Shown: positions 7,821 to 16,266, counted from the stretch's first letter. The stretch: 32,000 nucleotides of DNA from Candidatus Saccharimonadota bacterium (GCA_022843095.1 JALHOH010000002.1:90001-122000); one strand, 5' to 3'. Notes: generated by a model from the letters alone, not told the origin. Numbers and translations: made by a program.

Positions 7821-8465
7821 TTAGGCCGTTGTGCGTTTTGGAGCACGGACGACCTGCCAGAGATGACCGACCAACGATCCCCCCGCGAGCACAAGCGCTA
7901 GTTTGAACGAGGTGATGGCGATCACGGGGAGTGAGAGGATCGTTCCCATGATTCCGATGGTTTGCGCCCAGGTTTTTGCGGCGCCAATTCCATTCGACTT
8001 GTTCGCGTCCGGAAGATGGCGGCCCAGACGTGCGGCGAGCCACCGCTTGAGCGGGCGTACCAGGACGAGCAAGAGTTCGCCCACGATCATTCCCCAAAGA
8101 AAGAGGGGCGCGACCTGCGTACGAAGTCCGAGCAAAAGCGTTCCCAGGATGTAGACCTTGTCCGAAACGGCGTCAAAGAACGCGCCGGACTCCGAGGTCT
8201 CTTCACGCGCCCGCGCAAGCGGTCCGTCCAGGATATCGCAGCAAGACGACGCGAGGGTCATAGCGAACGCCGCGGGAGCACAGGGGATGAATACCAGAAA
8301 GGCGATGGTCGGTAGGACCAGGACGCCTCGCATGAGCGTGAACAGGTTTGGCGACATCCATTCGGGGATGCGCCGAATCACTCCGCGCAGGAACCGATCA
8401 AACGGATTGCTTGGCACGGAAACACCTCCTGCGTAGCGAGTGCCACGCGAAGGAAAGCTCATCAC
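7821..8465 (-). CDS. CDP-alcohol phosphatidyltransferase family protein
   Basis: The signature D-G-x2-A-R-x8-G-x3-D-x3-D is present as DILDGPLARAREETSESGAFFDAVSDK. The protein is multi-TM. The start is GTG 8465 or ATG 8462. Confidence 0.75.
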   Translation of the reverse strand: MMSFPSRGTRYAGGVSVPSNPFDRFLRGVIRRIPEWMSPNLFTLMRGVLVLPTIAFLVFIPCAPAAFAMTLASSCCDILDGPLARAREETSESGAFFDAVSDKVYILGTLLLGLRTQVAPLFLWGMIVGELLLVLVRPLKRWLAARLGRHLPDANKSNGIGAAKTWAQTIGIMGTILSLPVIAITSFKLALVLAGGSLVGHLWQVVRAPKRTTA

Positions 8466-8485
8466 GAAGTTGCGGATCGGACAAG

Positions 8486-8932
8486 TCAGGACACCTCGAG
8501 GATTTCGTACGTCACGGGTCCTGCAGGCGCTTCGATTACCACCTGTTCGCCCGCCGCACGTCCGAGCAGGGCTTTCCCAAGGGGAGAAACATGCGAAATG
8601 CGTCCTTTGGCAGGATCGGATTCCAGCGAGCCAAGGATTTCGTAGGTACGGCTTTTGCCGTTTGCATGCACACGAACAACGCTCCCGATCCGGGCACGGC
8701 CAGTCGTATTTTCGGTGCGTTCAATGGGGATGGCGTGTTTGATGCGCTCTTTTAATCCAAATAATCGTCCGTCGATGCGAGAGAGACGTGCCTTTGCGTC
8801 TTGGTATTCCGCGTTTTCAGAAAAATCACCCAGGGTAAGCGCATGACTTAAATCCGCCACGATTTTTGGACGTTCCTCGGTTTCTAAGCGCCGGACCGTT
8901 TGTTGCAACCGTTCGATGGCCTCCGCGGTCAT
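8486..8932 (-). CDS. greA: Transcription elongation factor GreA
   Basis: MTAEAIERLQQTVRRLETEERPKIVADLSHALTLGDFSENAEYQDAKARL... plus the C-terminal globular domain (ISHVSPLGKALLGRAAGEQVVIEAPAG) is classic GreA. GAGGAGG lies 8 nt upstream of ATG 8932. The longer track ORF (to 9349) overlaps the upstream gene and is rejected. Confidence 0.85.
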   Translation of the reverse strand: MTAEAIERLQQTVRRLETEERPKIVADLSHALTLGDFSENAEYQDAKARLSRIDGRLFGLKERIKHAIPIERTENTTGRARIGSVVRVHANGKSRTYEILGSLESDPAKGRISHVSPLGKALLGRAAGEQVVIEAPAGPVTYEILEVS

Positions 8933-8999
8933 GTAGCGGTCCTCCTCGCGAGGGTTGAGTCCAAGTTTTTGATGTCGACGTTGCGGGAGTTGCATAAGG

Positions 9000-10244
9000 C
9001 TAGGTGCGTTCGGCGAGTGTGGTACCGGCAAGGAAGCCGGTCGCCCACGAAGCTTGGAGATTGAATCCGCCGGTAAAGCCGTCGACGTCCAGGATCTCGC
9101 CGGCAAAGAAGAGATTTGGGCAAAGACGTGATTCCATGGTGGAAGGGTTGACTTCAGTGGTCGGAATTCCGCCCGCCGTGACGAATTCATCGCCGGCGCC
9201 ACGCTGGATCGCCTGAAGCGGGACGGCGGTGAGCCAGGAAGCGATCGCGCGCCACATGTGCAACGAGACATCCGCCACACGATGGTCCGAGGCGATGTGC
9301 GTTTCACGGCAGGCGAGTTCCGCGAACGAGCGGGGAACATGGTGCGCAAGCAGGGTCAGGATCGAGCGCTTGGGAGCATCCGCGACTTCCGTTCGGAATA
9401 GGCGTACAAGATCTTCTGCCGTTTGGTCCGGAAAGAGATTGATCACAAGTCGCAGCGGATGTGTCGCATCATAGAGAACAAATGCGACTTTTCCAGATAA
9501 GGCAAACACGGCAGGACCGGTGACGCCCTTGTGCGTAAAGAGGATGGGTCCCGTGTGCGCAGGGGCAGTTGGCGCATCCGGCGCCTGGATCGTGACACGC
9601 GCAAACGACACGCCAGCGACCTCTTTTGGCCACGATTCTTTTGTGAAAAAAGCGTTCAAGCTGGGGGCGAGCGGAGTTAATCCATGCCCCAGGGATTGCG
9701 CAAACGCATACCCATCGCCGGTGGATCCTGTGTGCCGATACGCCTGTCCACCGGTTGTGAGAATCACTGCATCCACCAAGACGGGGGTTGGGTTGTTTTT
9801 AAGACGAATCCGAAAACGGTCGCCGTCGCGTTCCACGCCTTCCACAGACTGCTTGAGACGCACGTCCACCTGATGCGTCCGAAAGATGCGTGTAAACACC
9901 CCCACCACGTCATGCCCATCGTTGGAGACGGGAAAGACACGAAGGTCTTCTTCGATCTTGAGAGGGACGCCATGCGCTTCAAACCAGGCGTACACCTGAG
10001 CGGGGGGAAAGCGGTGCATGGCTTTTGCAAGAAACTTGCCACCGCGTGGGTAATACGTCAGAACGGTGCGAACATCTTGGATCCCGGTGGTGACGTTACA
10101 GCGTCCGCCTCCGGAAATGAGCACTTTCTTCCCGATTCCATCGTTTTTTTCAAACACCACCACGCGTGCATCCGGGCGGTGTTCCAGTAGGGTCGCGGCG
10201 GCCATGAGTCCGGCGGCTCCCGCTCCAATAATCCCAACGGTCAT
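9000..10244 (-). CDS. HI0933/BaiN-like NAD(P)/FAD-dependent flavoprotein (aminoacetone-oxidase-family)
   Basis: The Rossmann motif [13 protein letters not shown], followed by [14 protein letters not shown] and the C-terminal [18 protein letters not shown], is typical of the HI0933-like family. Confidence 0.8.
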   Translation of the reverse strand: MTVGIIGAGAAGLMAAATLLEHRPDARVVVFEKNDGIGKKVLISGGGRCNVTTGIQDVRTVLTYYPRGGKFLAKAMHRFPPAQVYAWFEAHGVPLKIEEDLRVFPVSNDGHDVVGVFTRIFRTHQVDVRLKQSVEGVERDGDRFRIRLKNNPTPVLVDAVILTTGGQAYRHTGSTGDGYAFAQSLGHGLTPLAPSLNAFFTKESWPKEVAGVSFARVTIQAPDAPTAPAHTGPILFTHKGVTGPAVFALSGKVAFVLYDATHPLRLVINLFPDQTAEDLVRLFRTEVADAPKRSILTLLAHHVPRSFAELACRETHIASDHRVADVSLHMWRAIASWLTAVPLQAIQRGAGDEFVTAGGIPTTEVNPSTMESRLCPNLFFAGEILDVDGFTGGFNLQASWATGFLAGTTLAERT

Positions 10245-10295
10245 GCGGGTTTTGTAGCATGGCGGGGCCCAAGTAGGCTACACTTCTTGCGAGCT

Positions 10296-10781
10296 ATGTC
10301 ATCAGTTTCTCCTTCTGTTGCGACGTTTGGTGCTGGATGCTTTTGGGGTGTCGAGGAGGTGTATCGGCAGCTGCCCGGTGTCTTGTCGACCGCCGTTGGA
10401 TACATGGGAGGCACCAAAGCGCATCCAACCTACGAAGACGTGTGTACAGATAAGACCGGTCATGCCGAGGTGGTACAGGTGACGTATGACCCTTCCGTCA
10501 TAGCGTATGACCGCTTGCTTGAAATCTTTTGGGCAAATCATAACCCGACGCAGGTGAATCGCCAGGGACCGGATGTGGGGACTCAGTATCGGAGCGTCAT
10601 CTTTTTTCACGATGAAGCGCAGCGGATCGCGGCAGAGACGTCAAAGCAAGCGCTTGCGTCTTCCGGGAAATGGAAGGCGCCCATTGCAACGCACATCGTC
10701 CCGGCAACGACTTTTTGGCCGGCGGAGGAGTATCATCAACAGTATTTGGCAAAGCGTGGGATGTCATCCTGCCACCTCTAA
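10296..10781 (+). CDS. msrA: Peptide-methionine (S)-S-oxide reductase MsrA
   Basis: Active-site GCFWG ([15 protein letters not shown]), plus [11 protein letters not shown] and the EYHQQYL motifs. ATG at 10296; the track start at 10287 is a TTG. Confidence 0.9.
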   Translation: MSSVSPSVATFGAGCFWGVEEVYRQLPGVLSTAVGYMGGTKAHPTYEDVCTDKTGHAEVVQVTYDPSVIAYDRLLEIFWANHNPTQVNRQGPDVGTQYRSVIFFHDEAQRIAAETSKQALASSGKWKAPIATHIVPATTFWPAEEYHQQYLAKRGMSSCHL

Positions 10782-10786
10782 GAGAT

Positions 10787-11521
10787 ATGGGAAAAGCGGA
10801 TATTTCCATCAGGACAGCGGAGGAGGCGCTTCGGGCGTTGCGTCGGCAGGCCGATCCTGTGCGCGCCAAGGCGACGCAACGATTTTTTAAGACCGGAAAA
10901 GGGGAGTATGGCGAAGGGGATCGGTTTTTGGGAGTCACGATGCCCCGGATTCGTGCGCTTGTGCGTGAACTGCGCGGATGTCCCGCGTCGGTGCTTACGG
11001 TCCTCGCCACCTCTCCTTGGCATGAGGCGCGCATGCTTTCGCTCTGCGTCCTTGCGGAGAAAAGTTTGCGCGCGGATGAGCAAACGCAGGAGGAGATCGC
11101 AACGATGTATCTGGACTTGGTAAAGCGAGGGTTTGTGAATAATTGGGATTTGGTGGATGTGACGGCGCATAAAATTGTGGGGCCCGTGGCGTTGCGTCGA
11201 GGTCCGTCCCTGCTTGCGCGTCTTGCTCGTTCGCGTGCGCTTTGGGAACGACGCGTGAGTATCATCGCCACATTTGCGCATATTCGGGTTCATAAATTAG
11301 ATGTGCCGCTACAGATCGCCGAACTCCTTCTTCAGGATCGTGAAGATCTGATTCACAAGGCGGTAGGATGGGTATTGCGCGAGGTTGGGAAGCGGGACGG
11401 AAAGATGCTGCGACAGTTTTTATCGACACGCTACAGGACCATGCCACGAACCATGCTCCGCTACGCCATCGAACGGTTTCCAAAGGATGAATATCGAAGG
11501 TATTTGAACGGCACTCATTAA
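10787..11521 (+). CDS. DNA alkylation repair protein (AlkD-like HEAT-repeat family)
   Basis: ADPVRAKATQRFFKTGKGEYGEGDRFLGVTMPRIRALV...WHEARMLSL...VNNWDLVD...WERRVSII matches the AlkD/DNA-alkylation-repair family pattern. ATG at 10787 is 5 nt after the msrA stop. Confidence 0.7.
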   Translation: MGKADISIRTAEEALRALRRQADPVRAKATQRFFKTGKGEYGEGDRFLGVTMPRIRALVRELRGCPASVLTVLATSPWHEARMLSLCVLAEKSLRADEQTQEEIATMYLDLVKRGFVNNWDLVDVTAHKIVGPVALRRGPSLLARLARSRALWERRVSIIATFAHIRVHKLDVPLQIAELLLQDREDLIHKAVGWVLREVGKRDGKMLRQFLSTRYRTMPRTMLRYAIERFPKDEYRRYLNGTH

Positions 11522-11546
11522 GACAGGCCGTCGCTTCTTTGATACG

Positions 11547-11978
11547 ATGCATGCACCTATGTTCGACCCCACGCGCCCACTTCCGGAACGATCAGAGCAA
11601 GATTGGAGCCAAACACTTACGCCCGAGCAGTATCATGTGATGCGGGAACGGGGGACGGAGCCCGCGTTTACCGGGAAATATTGGAATGAACATCGTGCAG
11701 GGATGTATCGCTGTGCGGCGTGTGGAGCGGAATTGTTTTCGTCAGAAACGAAGTTTGATTCCGGGACGGGTTGGCCGAGTTTTACTGAGCCTGCAAACCG
11801 TGCACACGTTGAGCTTGTGGAAGATCGTTCGCATGGGATGGTGCGGACGGAGGTACGTTGCAAAGCGTGCGGTTCCCATTTGGGCCATGTGTTTCCAGAT
11901 GGTCCAGGGCCATCTGGGACGCGTTTTTGCATCAATTCTTGCGCGTTATCGCTGGATCCTGGCAAGGCGCAGGATTGA
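11547..11978 (+). CDS. msrB: Peptide-methionine (R)-S-oxide reductase MsrB
   Basis: Two CxxC pairs (CAACGAELF, CKACGSHLGHVF), GWPSF, and the catalytic RFCINS motif. The start is either ATG 11547 or, if the TGaTACGAT element at 11540-11548 is the -10 box, ATG 11559. Confidence 0.9.
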   Translation: MHAPMFDPTRPLPERSEQDWSQTLTPEQYHVMRERGTEPAFTGKYWNEHRAGMYRCAACGAELFSSETKFDSGTGWPSFTEPANRAHVELVEDRSHGMVRTEVRCKACGSHLGHVFPDGPGPSGTRFCINSCALSLDPGKAQD

Positions 11979-12014
11979 CAAAAAGGCCATTTTTTGGATA
12001 ACTAACACCCGGAG

Positions 12015-12380
12015 GTGTTCGTGAACCATACACTCAAAATCGTGTTCGAACAGGCGACCGGGATCACGCTGGATGCGTCGGTCCTCGAGCTCTTGATCCG
12101 CAACTGCATTCGGTTGCTGGCGGATCGTGCTCAGGAGCTGGTGTTTTCGGAAGCTACGCCAGAATCGAACGAGTGCACCCTGCATCTGCAGACGCGGTTT
12201 CAGATCGGTTCCGTGCAGTATCAGCGCGGGTATAAGTTTGCCGGTCGACTCGACATTCAGGGTCGATCCGGCACGTTCCGCATCATTCTGTTGAACGCGT
12301 TGGACATGCCCCCTGGCGATCCGTTCTGGAAGGTGTTGGATTCGCGTCCGGGAGAGAAATACAAATCCAAGCAGAACTGA
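12015..12380 (+). CDS. Hypothetical small protein
   Basis: GGAGG at 11011-type spacing (12011-12015) lies just before the GTG codons at 12015/12021. The composition is protein-like, unlike the Arg-rich opposite-strand ORF 11946..12398. No family recognised. Confidence 0.45.
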   Translation: MFVNHTLKIVFEQATGITLDASVLELLIRNCIRLLADRAQELVFSEATPESNECTLHLQTRFQIGSVQYQRGYKFAGRLDIQGRSGTFRIILLNALDMPPGDPFWKVLDSRPGEKYKSKQN

Positions 12381-12383
12381 GCG

Positions 12384-12411
12384 TTGACGCCCGAACAAAA
12401 CCGGGTATCAT
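12384..12411 (+). promoter_or_regulatory. Sigma70-like promoter (TTGACG - 16 nt - TATCAT)
   Basis: -35 TTGACG at 12384-12389, a 16-nt spacer, and -10 TATCAT at 12406-12411. The downstream leader carries AGGAGG at 12445-12450. Confidence 0.45.
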
Positions 12412-12450
12412 CCAAAATCTAGGGGGAGAGATCCTTTTTCACGGTAGGAG

Positions 12451-13107
12451 GTGAATGTGGTGGAAAAAAGTGTGTTGCAAGGTGGTCCCGGACGAAGTCC
12501 AAAGGCGGAAGACGATTCCTGGGGGGTCAGCGACGATGCGCCGGCCACGTCCGAAGTCGTTCCTCCGCGGACGAGCGGGATCCAGACGACGAGCGGAGGT
12601 GTTCTGGCTGCTGAGCCGGAGTTCCCCGATGTTCCGACGGAGATCGGGAAGATTCCTGAGGCGCTGCTTCAGGCGCGGCTCGCAAAGTCGCCGTCTGAAC
12701 TGCCCGTTCCGACGGCGTTCGCTACGGATGATGGAGAGACGACGCGCGTGTACGGCCGTGGGATGGCTGCGTGGGCTTCGCCCGCGCCGTCTGAGCCGCC
12801 GCCCGCAGCTTCGAGCGAATCTCCAGAGAAACCTGCGGAAGAGGCGCCGATTACAACTCCGCCTCGTCTGCGTCCGTCCAAGGTGGACAGTACGCTCGCG
12901 TTCAAGGATCCGGACCTGCTGAAGAAGCTCCGCGAGATGGGAAAAGACCCGGAAACGCTGGGCGTGCCACGTGTTTCCACTGCCTCGAAAGAGGCGTCCG
13001 TGACGCAGACGTCCGCTTCAACGAGCCAGGAACTTGTTCCTGTCCGTTCATCGATGCCATGGTATCGCACATTCGTTCAGTGGCTCCTCCGTTTGTTCGG
13101 CCGCTGA
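12451..13107 (+). CDS. Hypothetical low-complexity (Pro/Ser/Glu/Ala-rich, probably disordered) protein with a hydrophobic/aromatic C-terminal tail
   Basis: AGGAGG SD, with GTG starts at 12451/12457/12460 in the same frame. It ends ...MPWYRTFVQWLLRLFGR and is followed by a 10-bp-stem terminator. The overlapping frame (12455..12922) is Arg-rich and is rejected. Confidence 0.5.
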   Translation: MNVVEKSVLQGGPGRSPKAEDDSWGVSDDAPATSEVVPPRTSGIQTTSGGVLAAEPEFPDVPTEIGKIPEALLQARLAKSPSELPVPTAFATDDGETTRVYGRGMAAWASPAPSEPPPAASSESPEKPAEEAPITTPPRLRPSKVDSTLAFKDPDLLKKLREMGKDPETLGVPRVSTASKEASVTQTSASTSQELVPVRSSMPWYRTFVQWLLRLFGR

Positions 13108-13114
13108 CTTCTCC

Positions 13115-13143
13115 ACACCCCTCGATCTTTCGGGGGGTGTTTT
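13115..13143 (+). terminator. Rho-independent terminator
   Basis: Stem 13115-13124 (acacccctcg) pairs with 13131-13140 (cggggggtgt) around the 6-nt loop atcttt. A T-run follows at 13140-13143. Confidence 0.65.
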
Positions 13144-13163
13144 GCATCGCCTATACTAGAAGC

Positions 13164-13625
13164 ATGCCTACAACTTCTTTGCATCAGGTCGACGAAGGGA
13201 TTATCAGCTGGTCTGCGCGTATTGCTCCGTTTGCGCAACGCGTTTCGATCGCTATCGTGTACGTGTGGTTTGGATTGCTCAAGGTGTTTGGTGTTTCACC
13301 CGCCTTTGGAATTGTCGCAATGCAGTTAAAAGCGCTGTTTCCCATGGTTCCCGCCGTTCCATTCGTGGTTGGTCTCGGGGTATTTGAAGCCTTTATTGGT
13401 GGTGCGATTTTAGTGCGTCGGTTAGATCGGCTGACGGTGGCGCTGCTTGCGTTGCATTTGGTGGCGATTTTAATCCCGGTGCTTGTCCTGCCAAACGTCA
13501 CGTGGTCTGGACCGATGATCCCCACATTGGAAGGGCAATACGTACTAAAGAATGTGTTGATTGCGGCGATTGCCTTGACCGTTGCTGCACAAGTGCGTCC
13601 GCTTTCGGTATCCTCTAAGGCATAA
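13164..13625 (+). CDS. DUF417 (YkgB-like) family membrane protein
   Basis: RVSIAIVYVWFGLLKVFGVSP closely resembles the E. coli YkgB segment RLSIAIVFMWIGLLKF as I recall it, and the C-terminal YVLKNVLIAAIAL resembles its LVLKDTLMLAGAV. About four hydrophobic helices. TATACT at 13152-13157 lies 6 nt before the ATG. Confidence 0.55.
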   Translation: MPTTSLHQVDEGIISWSARIAPFAQRVSIAIVYVWFGLLKVFGVSPAFGIVAMQLKALFPMVPAVPFVVGLGVFEAFIGGAILVRRLDRLTVALLALHLVAILIPVLVLPNVTWSGPMIPTLEGQYVLKNVLIAAIALTVAAQVRPLSVSSKA

Positions 13626-13654
13626 GTCGTCTCATGCCGTGAATCTCATCCGCT

Positions 13655-14089
13655 ATGTTTGGAAATGCGAAACCGGAATCGCCAACGATGCGTCCTTCTT
13701 CCTCGGGTGCACCGAGTGCGGTCACTGTGATTGCTCAAGGGGTGAAATTGGAGGGAGAGTTTGCGAGCCAGGGGGATGTGGTCGTGGATGGAGAAGTGCA
13801 CGGAACGCTGTCTGCCGGGGGAAAATTGACGGTTGGCGCGGAGGCAAAGATCATCGCGGATGTGAGTGTCGGGGAGGCAGTGATTGCGGGGATGGTGCAG
13901 GGGAATGTCGTCGTCTCACGTCGACTGGAATTGAAGTCTACGGCGCGTATCACCGGTGATCTTTCCGCGGAATCACTTTCGGTGGAAGCGGGCGCTGTGC
14001 TTTCTGGGCGTGTTGTTTCTGGATCGAAAGCGTCTCAAGAGAGCGCTCGACCTAAATCACCTGGAGCAACGCGAACGACGGGCGCATAA
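13655..14089 (+). CDS. Bactofilin (polymer-forming cytoskeletal protein)
   Basis: The repetitive beta-helix pattern VIAQGVKLEGEFASQGDVVVDGEVHGTLSAGGKLTVGAEAKIIADVSVGEAVIAGMVQGNVV...ITGDL...LSVEAGAVLSGRV is typical of the bactofilin (DUF583) domain, with disordered termini. Confidence 0.8.
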   Translation: MFGNAKPESPTMRPSSSGAPSAVTVIAQGVKLEGEFASQGDVVVDGEVHGTLSAGGKLTVGAEAKIIADVSVGEAVIAGMVQGNVVVSRRLELKSTARITGDLSAESLSVEAGAVLSGRVVSGSKASQESARPKSPGATRTTGA

Positions 14090-14100
14090 TTTGAATCCGT

Positions 14101-14856
14101 GTGAACCGATCCTTCGCCTACATCTACGACGATTTCTTGGCGGACACGCGGTTTGAGCGTCCCTTGGCGGCTGTGGAGGCGGAGCTTTCTCGTCTTGGAA
14201 TCAATGGTCGGACGGTACGCATGGGGATGTTTCGTGATCCTCGTGATCTGACGTCCGATTTGGTGCGCGGGGGCGTGAACACGGTGGTTGTTATCGGAAA
14301 CGATCAGACGCTTCTCCACGTCCTGTGGTTTTTGGCGCCGCTTGGGGTTTGTATTGGGTATATTCCCATGGCGCCGTCTCATGCGATCGCGGATCTGTTG
14401 CGTATTCCAAAAGGTGCTGCCGCCGTGGATGTGATAGGGGCGCGTTATATCGAGGCGTTGGACGTCGGCATGTTGGATGGTCAGGCGTTTTTGACGGAAG
14501 TCGTGATTCCGGATGGGCGTGCGCGGTTGACTATTGGGACGTATGCCTTATCGCCGGTAGATGCCGGGGGGATGGCGATCCGCAACATTGGTTCTTTGGA
14601 CCAGGGGGTTTCGGAAGACGCACGTGATGGCCAACTTATCGCCGTCATTCAAAGCGAAGGAAAAAAAACCGGGAGTTGGCCGTGGGCAAAACGGGCGTAT
14701 CATGAGACGCGTGTGCCGTTTACCGCGGCAACGCTGGCAGTGGAAAAAACATCGTGCGCGTATATTGATGGGAGAAAGATCCCCGGAAAAACGTATGCGT
14801 TGGAAGTGTCTCCCGGAATGTTAAAGGTGATTACGGGGCGACTACGAAAAAAATGA
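14101..14856 (+). CDS. Diacylglycerol/lipid kinase catalytic-domain-like protein with a degenerate nucleotide-binding motif
   Basis: The overall layout matches the DAGK_cat/YegS type (N-terminal FAYIYD..., VVVIGNDQTLLHVL where kinases have GGDGT). GTG start at 14101. The family assignment is tentative. Confidence 0.4.
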   Translation: MNRSFAYIYDDFLADTRFERPLAAVEAELSRLGINGRTVRMGMFRDPRDLTSDLVRGGVNTVVVIGNDQTLLHVLWFLAPLGVCIGYIPMAPSHAIADLLRIPKGAAAVDVIGARYIEALDVGMLDGQAFLTEVVIPDGRARLTIGTYALSPVDAGGMAIRNIGSLDQGVSEDARDGQLIAVIQSEGKKTGSWPWAKRAYHETRVPFTAATLAVEKTSCAYIDGRKIPGKTYALEVSPGMLKVITGRLRKK

Positions 14857-14864
14857 AGGGGAGC

Positions 14865-14892
14865 AAAAAAACACCTATGCAGGTGTTTTTTT
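14865..14892. terminator. Bidirectional hairpin terminator (serves the + strand CDS and the minus-strand tRNA-Leu)
   Basis: A-run 14865-14871, stem acacct (14871-14876) / aggtgt (14881-14886), loop atgc, and T-run 14886-14892. Confidence 0.65.
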
Positions 14893-14896
14893 GTGA

Positions 14897-14983
14897 TGGT
14901 GGGCGGGGAGAGACTCGAACTCTCATGACCTTGCGGTCGCCAGCCCCTCAAGCTGGTGTGTCTACCAGTTCCACCACTCGCCC
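14897..14983 (-). tRNA. tRNA-Leu (anticodon GAG), type II with long variable arm, CCA encoded
   Basis: Reverse complement: GGGCGAG-TG-GTG-GAACTGGTAGA-CAC-A-CCAGC-TTGAGGG-GCTGG-CGACCGCAAGGTCAT-GAGAG-TTCGAGT-CTCTC-CCCGCCC-A-CCA (87 nt). The anticodon loop is TT-GAG-GG. There is one A6:C67 mismatch in the acceptor stem. Confidence 0.85.
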
Positions 14984-15180
14984 TTCCTTGGCCTTGCGAC
15001 GCTCTGGTCGCGGCCTGCGCGTACCCCATTTGCTCCAGCGGCCTCCGCAACCGGGGGCCCCAGAAGAAATGAAAAGCAGCGGGGAAAGAATATCGGACGT
15101 GATTTGAGTTGGCAAGAGGCGGGTTTCTTGGATTGACAAATACCAAAAATTTTGAGCAGGGTATCGGCGGAGGTCATGCC

Positions 15181-16176
15181 ATGGAAGACAGAGAAGCGGA
15201 GATTGAGGTGCTGGTTCAGTCCTGGAACGCCTTGGCGCGCATTGTCCCGGATGAACAAGGGATCGATGCCCGGATGGTGCAAGAAATTATTGATGCATCA
15301 TCCGAGCACAGGAAGGAGGCGATCGCACGCATCACGGACAACGAGGAGACGCAAGCATTGCTTGCGGATGCCCCGGAGAGGGCGGTGACCCAGGAGGAAG
15401 TGGATGCGGAGTATCAGGAAGATCTTGTGTATGAAGGACGCGATCAGATCATCCAGGATTTCGTGGCGCTGGATGCGGTGGATGCGCTGATGCCTTTGAT
15501 CCTTGCGGTGGAGGATGATGGTGAGCGACGTGGATATGTGCATACCCTGCTGAAAACGCTAGCGTCTTCTGGAAAGTATTCGGAGGGAAAGCGTCTCCTC
15601 CGAACTATCTTCCCTGATGATTGGATGGGCGAAATCGAGGGATGGGTCGTGTTGGCTCGTGCGCACCATGATCCGTTCGATCGCGATGAGCTCTGGAAGC
15701 ACATTCAGAAGATTCCGAATGGTGAGTTCAGGATTGATCTCTCTGCGCTGGATTTGGCGTTGGGCCTTTGGCGCGTGGATCGCGCACGCACGGAGATCCT
15801 TGCCTTTGCGACCAAGCTGGCAGAGCAGTTGAGCCACCCAGAGGGAGAGGTTCATTCCCGCTATCTGCGCGCGCGAGCGCTTCGCACGATTGGCTTTGCT
15901 ACGAATCTCCCGGACGCATACATTCGTGCGTATACGGTGCTCGTTGGATTCGAGGAGCCGACCGACGTGCATCGGGTGGAACTGAATACGCGAGGGGTTG
16001 CGATTGAGTACCATAAGTCTTACATCGGAATCGTGGACGAGGAAGAGCCGGATCGTCCGCCCTTGAGCACGCGAGACATCAGAACGATTCTGAAAGCCAT
16101 TCGTCTCATGAATCCGCGCTGGGAAGACGCGCTGAGGCAGAAACTGAAGGAACTCATTCCGGGGATCCACATCTGA
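15181..16176 (+). CDS. Hypothetical protein (helical, acidic; no family recognised)
   Basis: GGAGG at 15169-15173 lies 7 nt before ATG 15181. The 331-aa ORF ends at a strong terminator. The opposite-strand ORF 15559..16170 is Arg-rich antisense noise. Confidence 0.55.
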   Translation: MEDREAEIEVLVQSWNALARIVPDEQGIDARMVQEIIDASSEHRKEAIARITDNEETQALLADAPERAVTQEEVDAEYQEDLVYEGRDQIIQDFVALDAVDALMPLILAVEDDGERRGYVHTLLKTLASSGKYSEGKRLLRTIFPDDWMGEIEGWVVLARAHHDPFDRDELWKHIQKIPNGEFRIDLSALDLALGLWRVDRARTEILAFATKLAEQLSHPEGEVHSRYLRARALRTIGFATNLPDAYIRAYTVLVGFEEPTDVHRVELNTRGVAIEYHKSYIGIVDEEEPDRPPLSTRDIRTILKAIRLMNPRWEDALRQKLKELIPGIHI

Positions 16177-16181
16177 CGTCT

Positions 16182-16211
16182 ACCTCATCGATACACGATG
16201 AGGTTTTTTTG
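16182..16211 (+). terminator. Rho-independent terminator
   Basis: Stem acctcatcg (16182-16190) / cgatgaggt (16196-16204), loop ataca, and T-run 16205-16211. Confidence 0.7.
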
Positions 16212-16226
16212 TTGTGTCATCCTCGT

Positions 16227-16260
16227 AAAATCAAATACCCAGGTCATTCAACCTGGGTAT
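16227..16260 (-). terminator. Hairpin terminator downstream of tRNA-Val (minus strand)
   Basis: 10-bp stem 16235-16244 / 16251-16260 with a 6-nt loop. On the minus strand it is followed by ttgatttt. Confidence 0.5.
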
Positions 16261-16266
16261 CCGACG

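Noticed and set aside
8933-9349. N-terminal extension of the greA ORF (track ORF 8486..9349, 287 aa)
   Set aside because: The extension overlaps the 3' part of the HI0933-like gene in another frame and is Arg/Ser/Pro-rich. GreA homology begins at the Met encoded at 8932, which has a GAGGAGG SD 8 nt upstream.
10597-11293. Minus-strand ORFs of 224 aa and 171 aa overlapping the AlkD-like gene
   Set aside because: Their composition is Arg/Ser-rich. The + strand frame carries the recognisable DNA-alkylation-repair family pattern and abuts msrA.
12455-12922. 155-aa alternative frame with an ATG start overlapping 12451..13107
   Set aside because: The product is almost entirely Arg/Ser (RRRR runs), typical of an off-frame reading. 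The accepted frame extends to a terminator-proximal stop and has a more plausible, if disordered, composition.
14853-15107. 84-aa + strand ORF across the terminator, tRNA-Leu and its upstream spacer
   Set aside because: It reads straight through a well-folded tRNA gene on the opposite strand and through a terminator hairpin, so a coding role is implausible.
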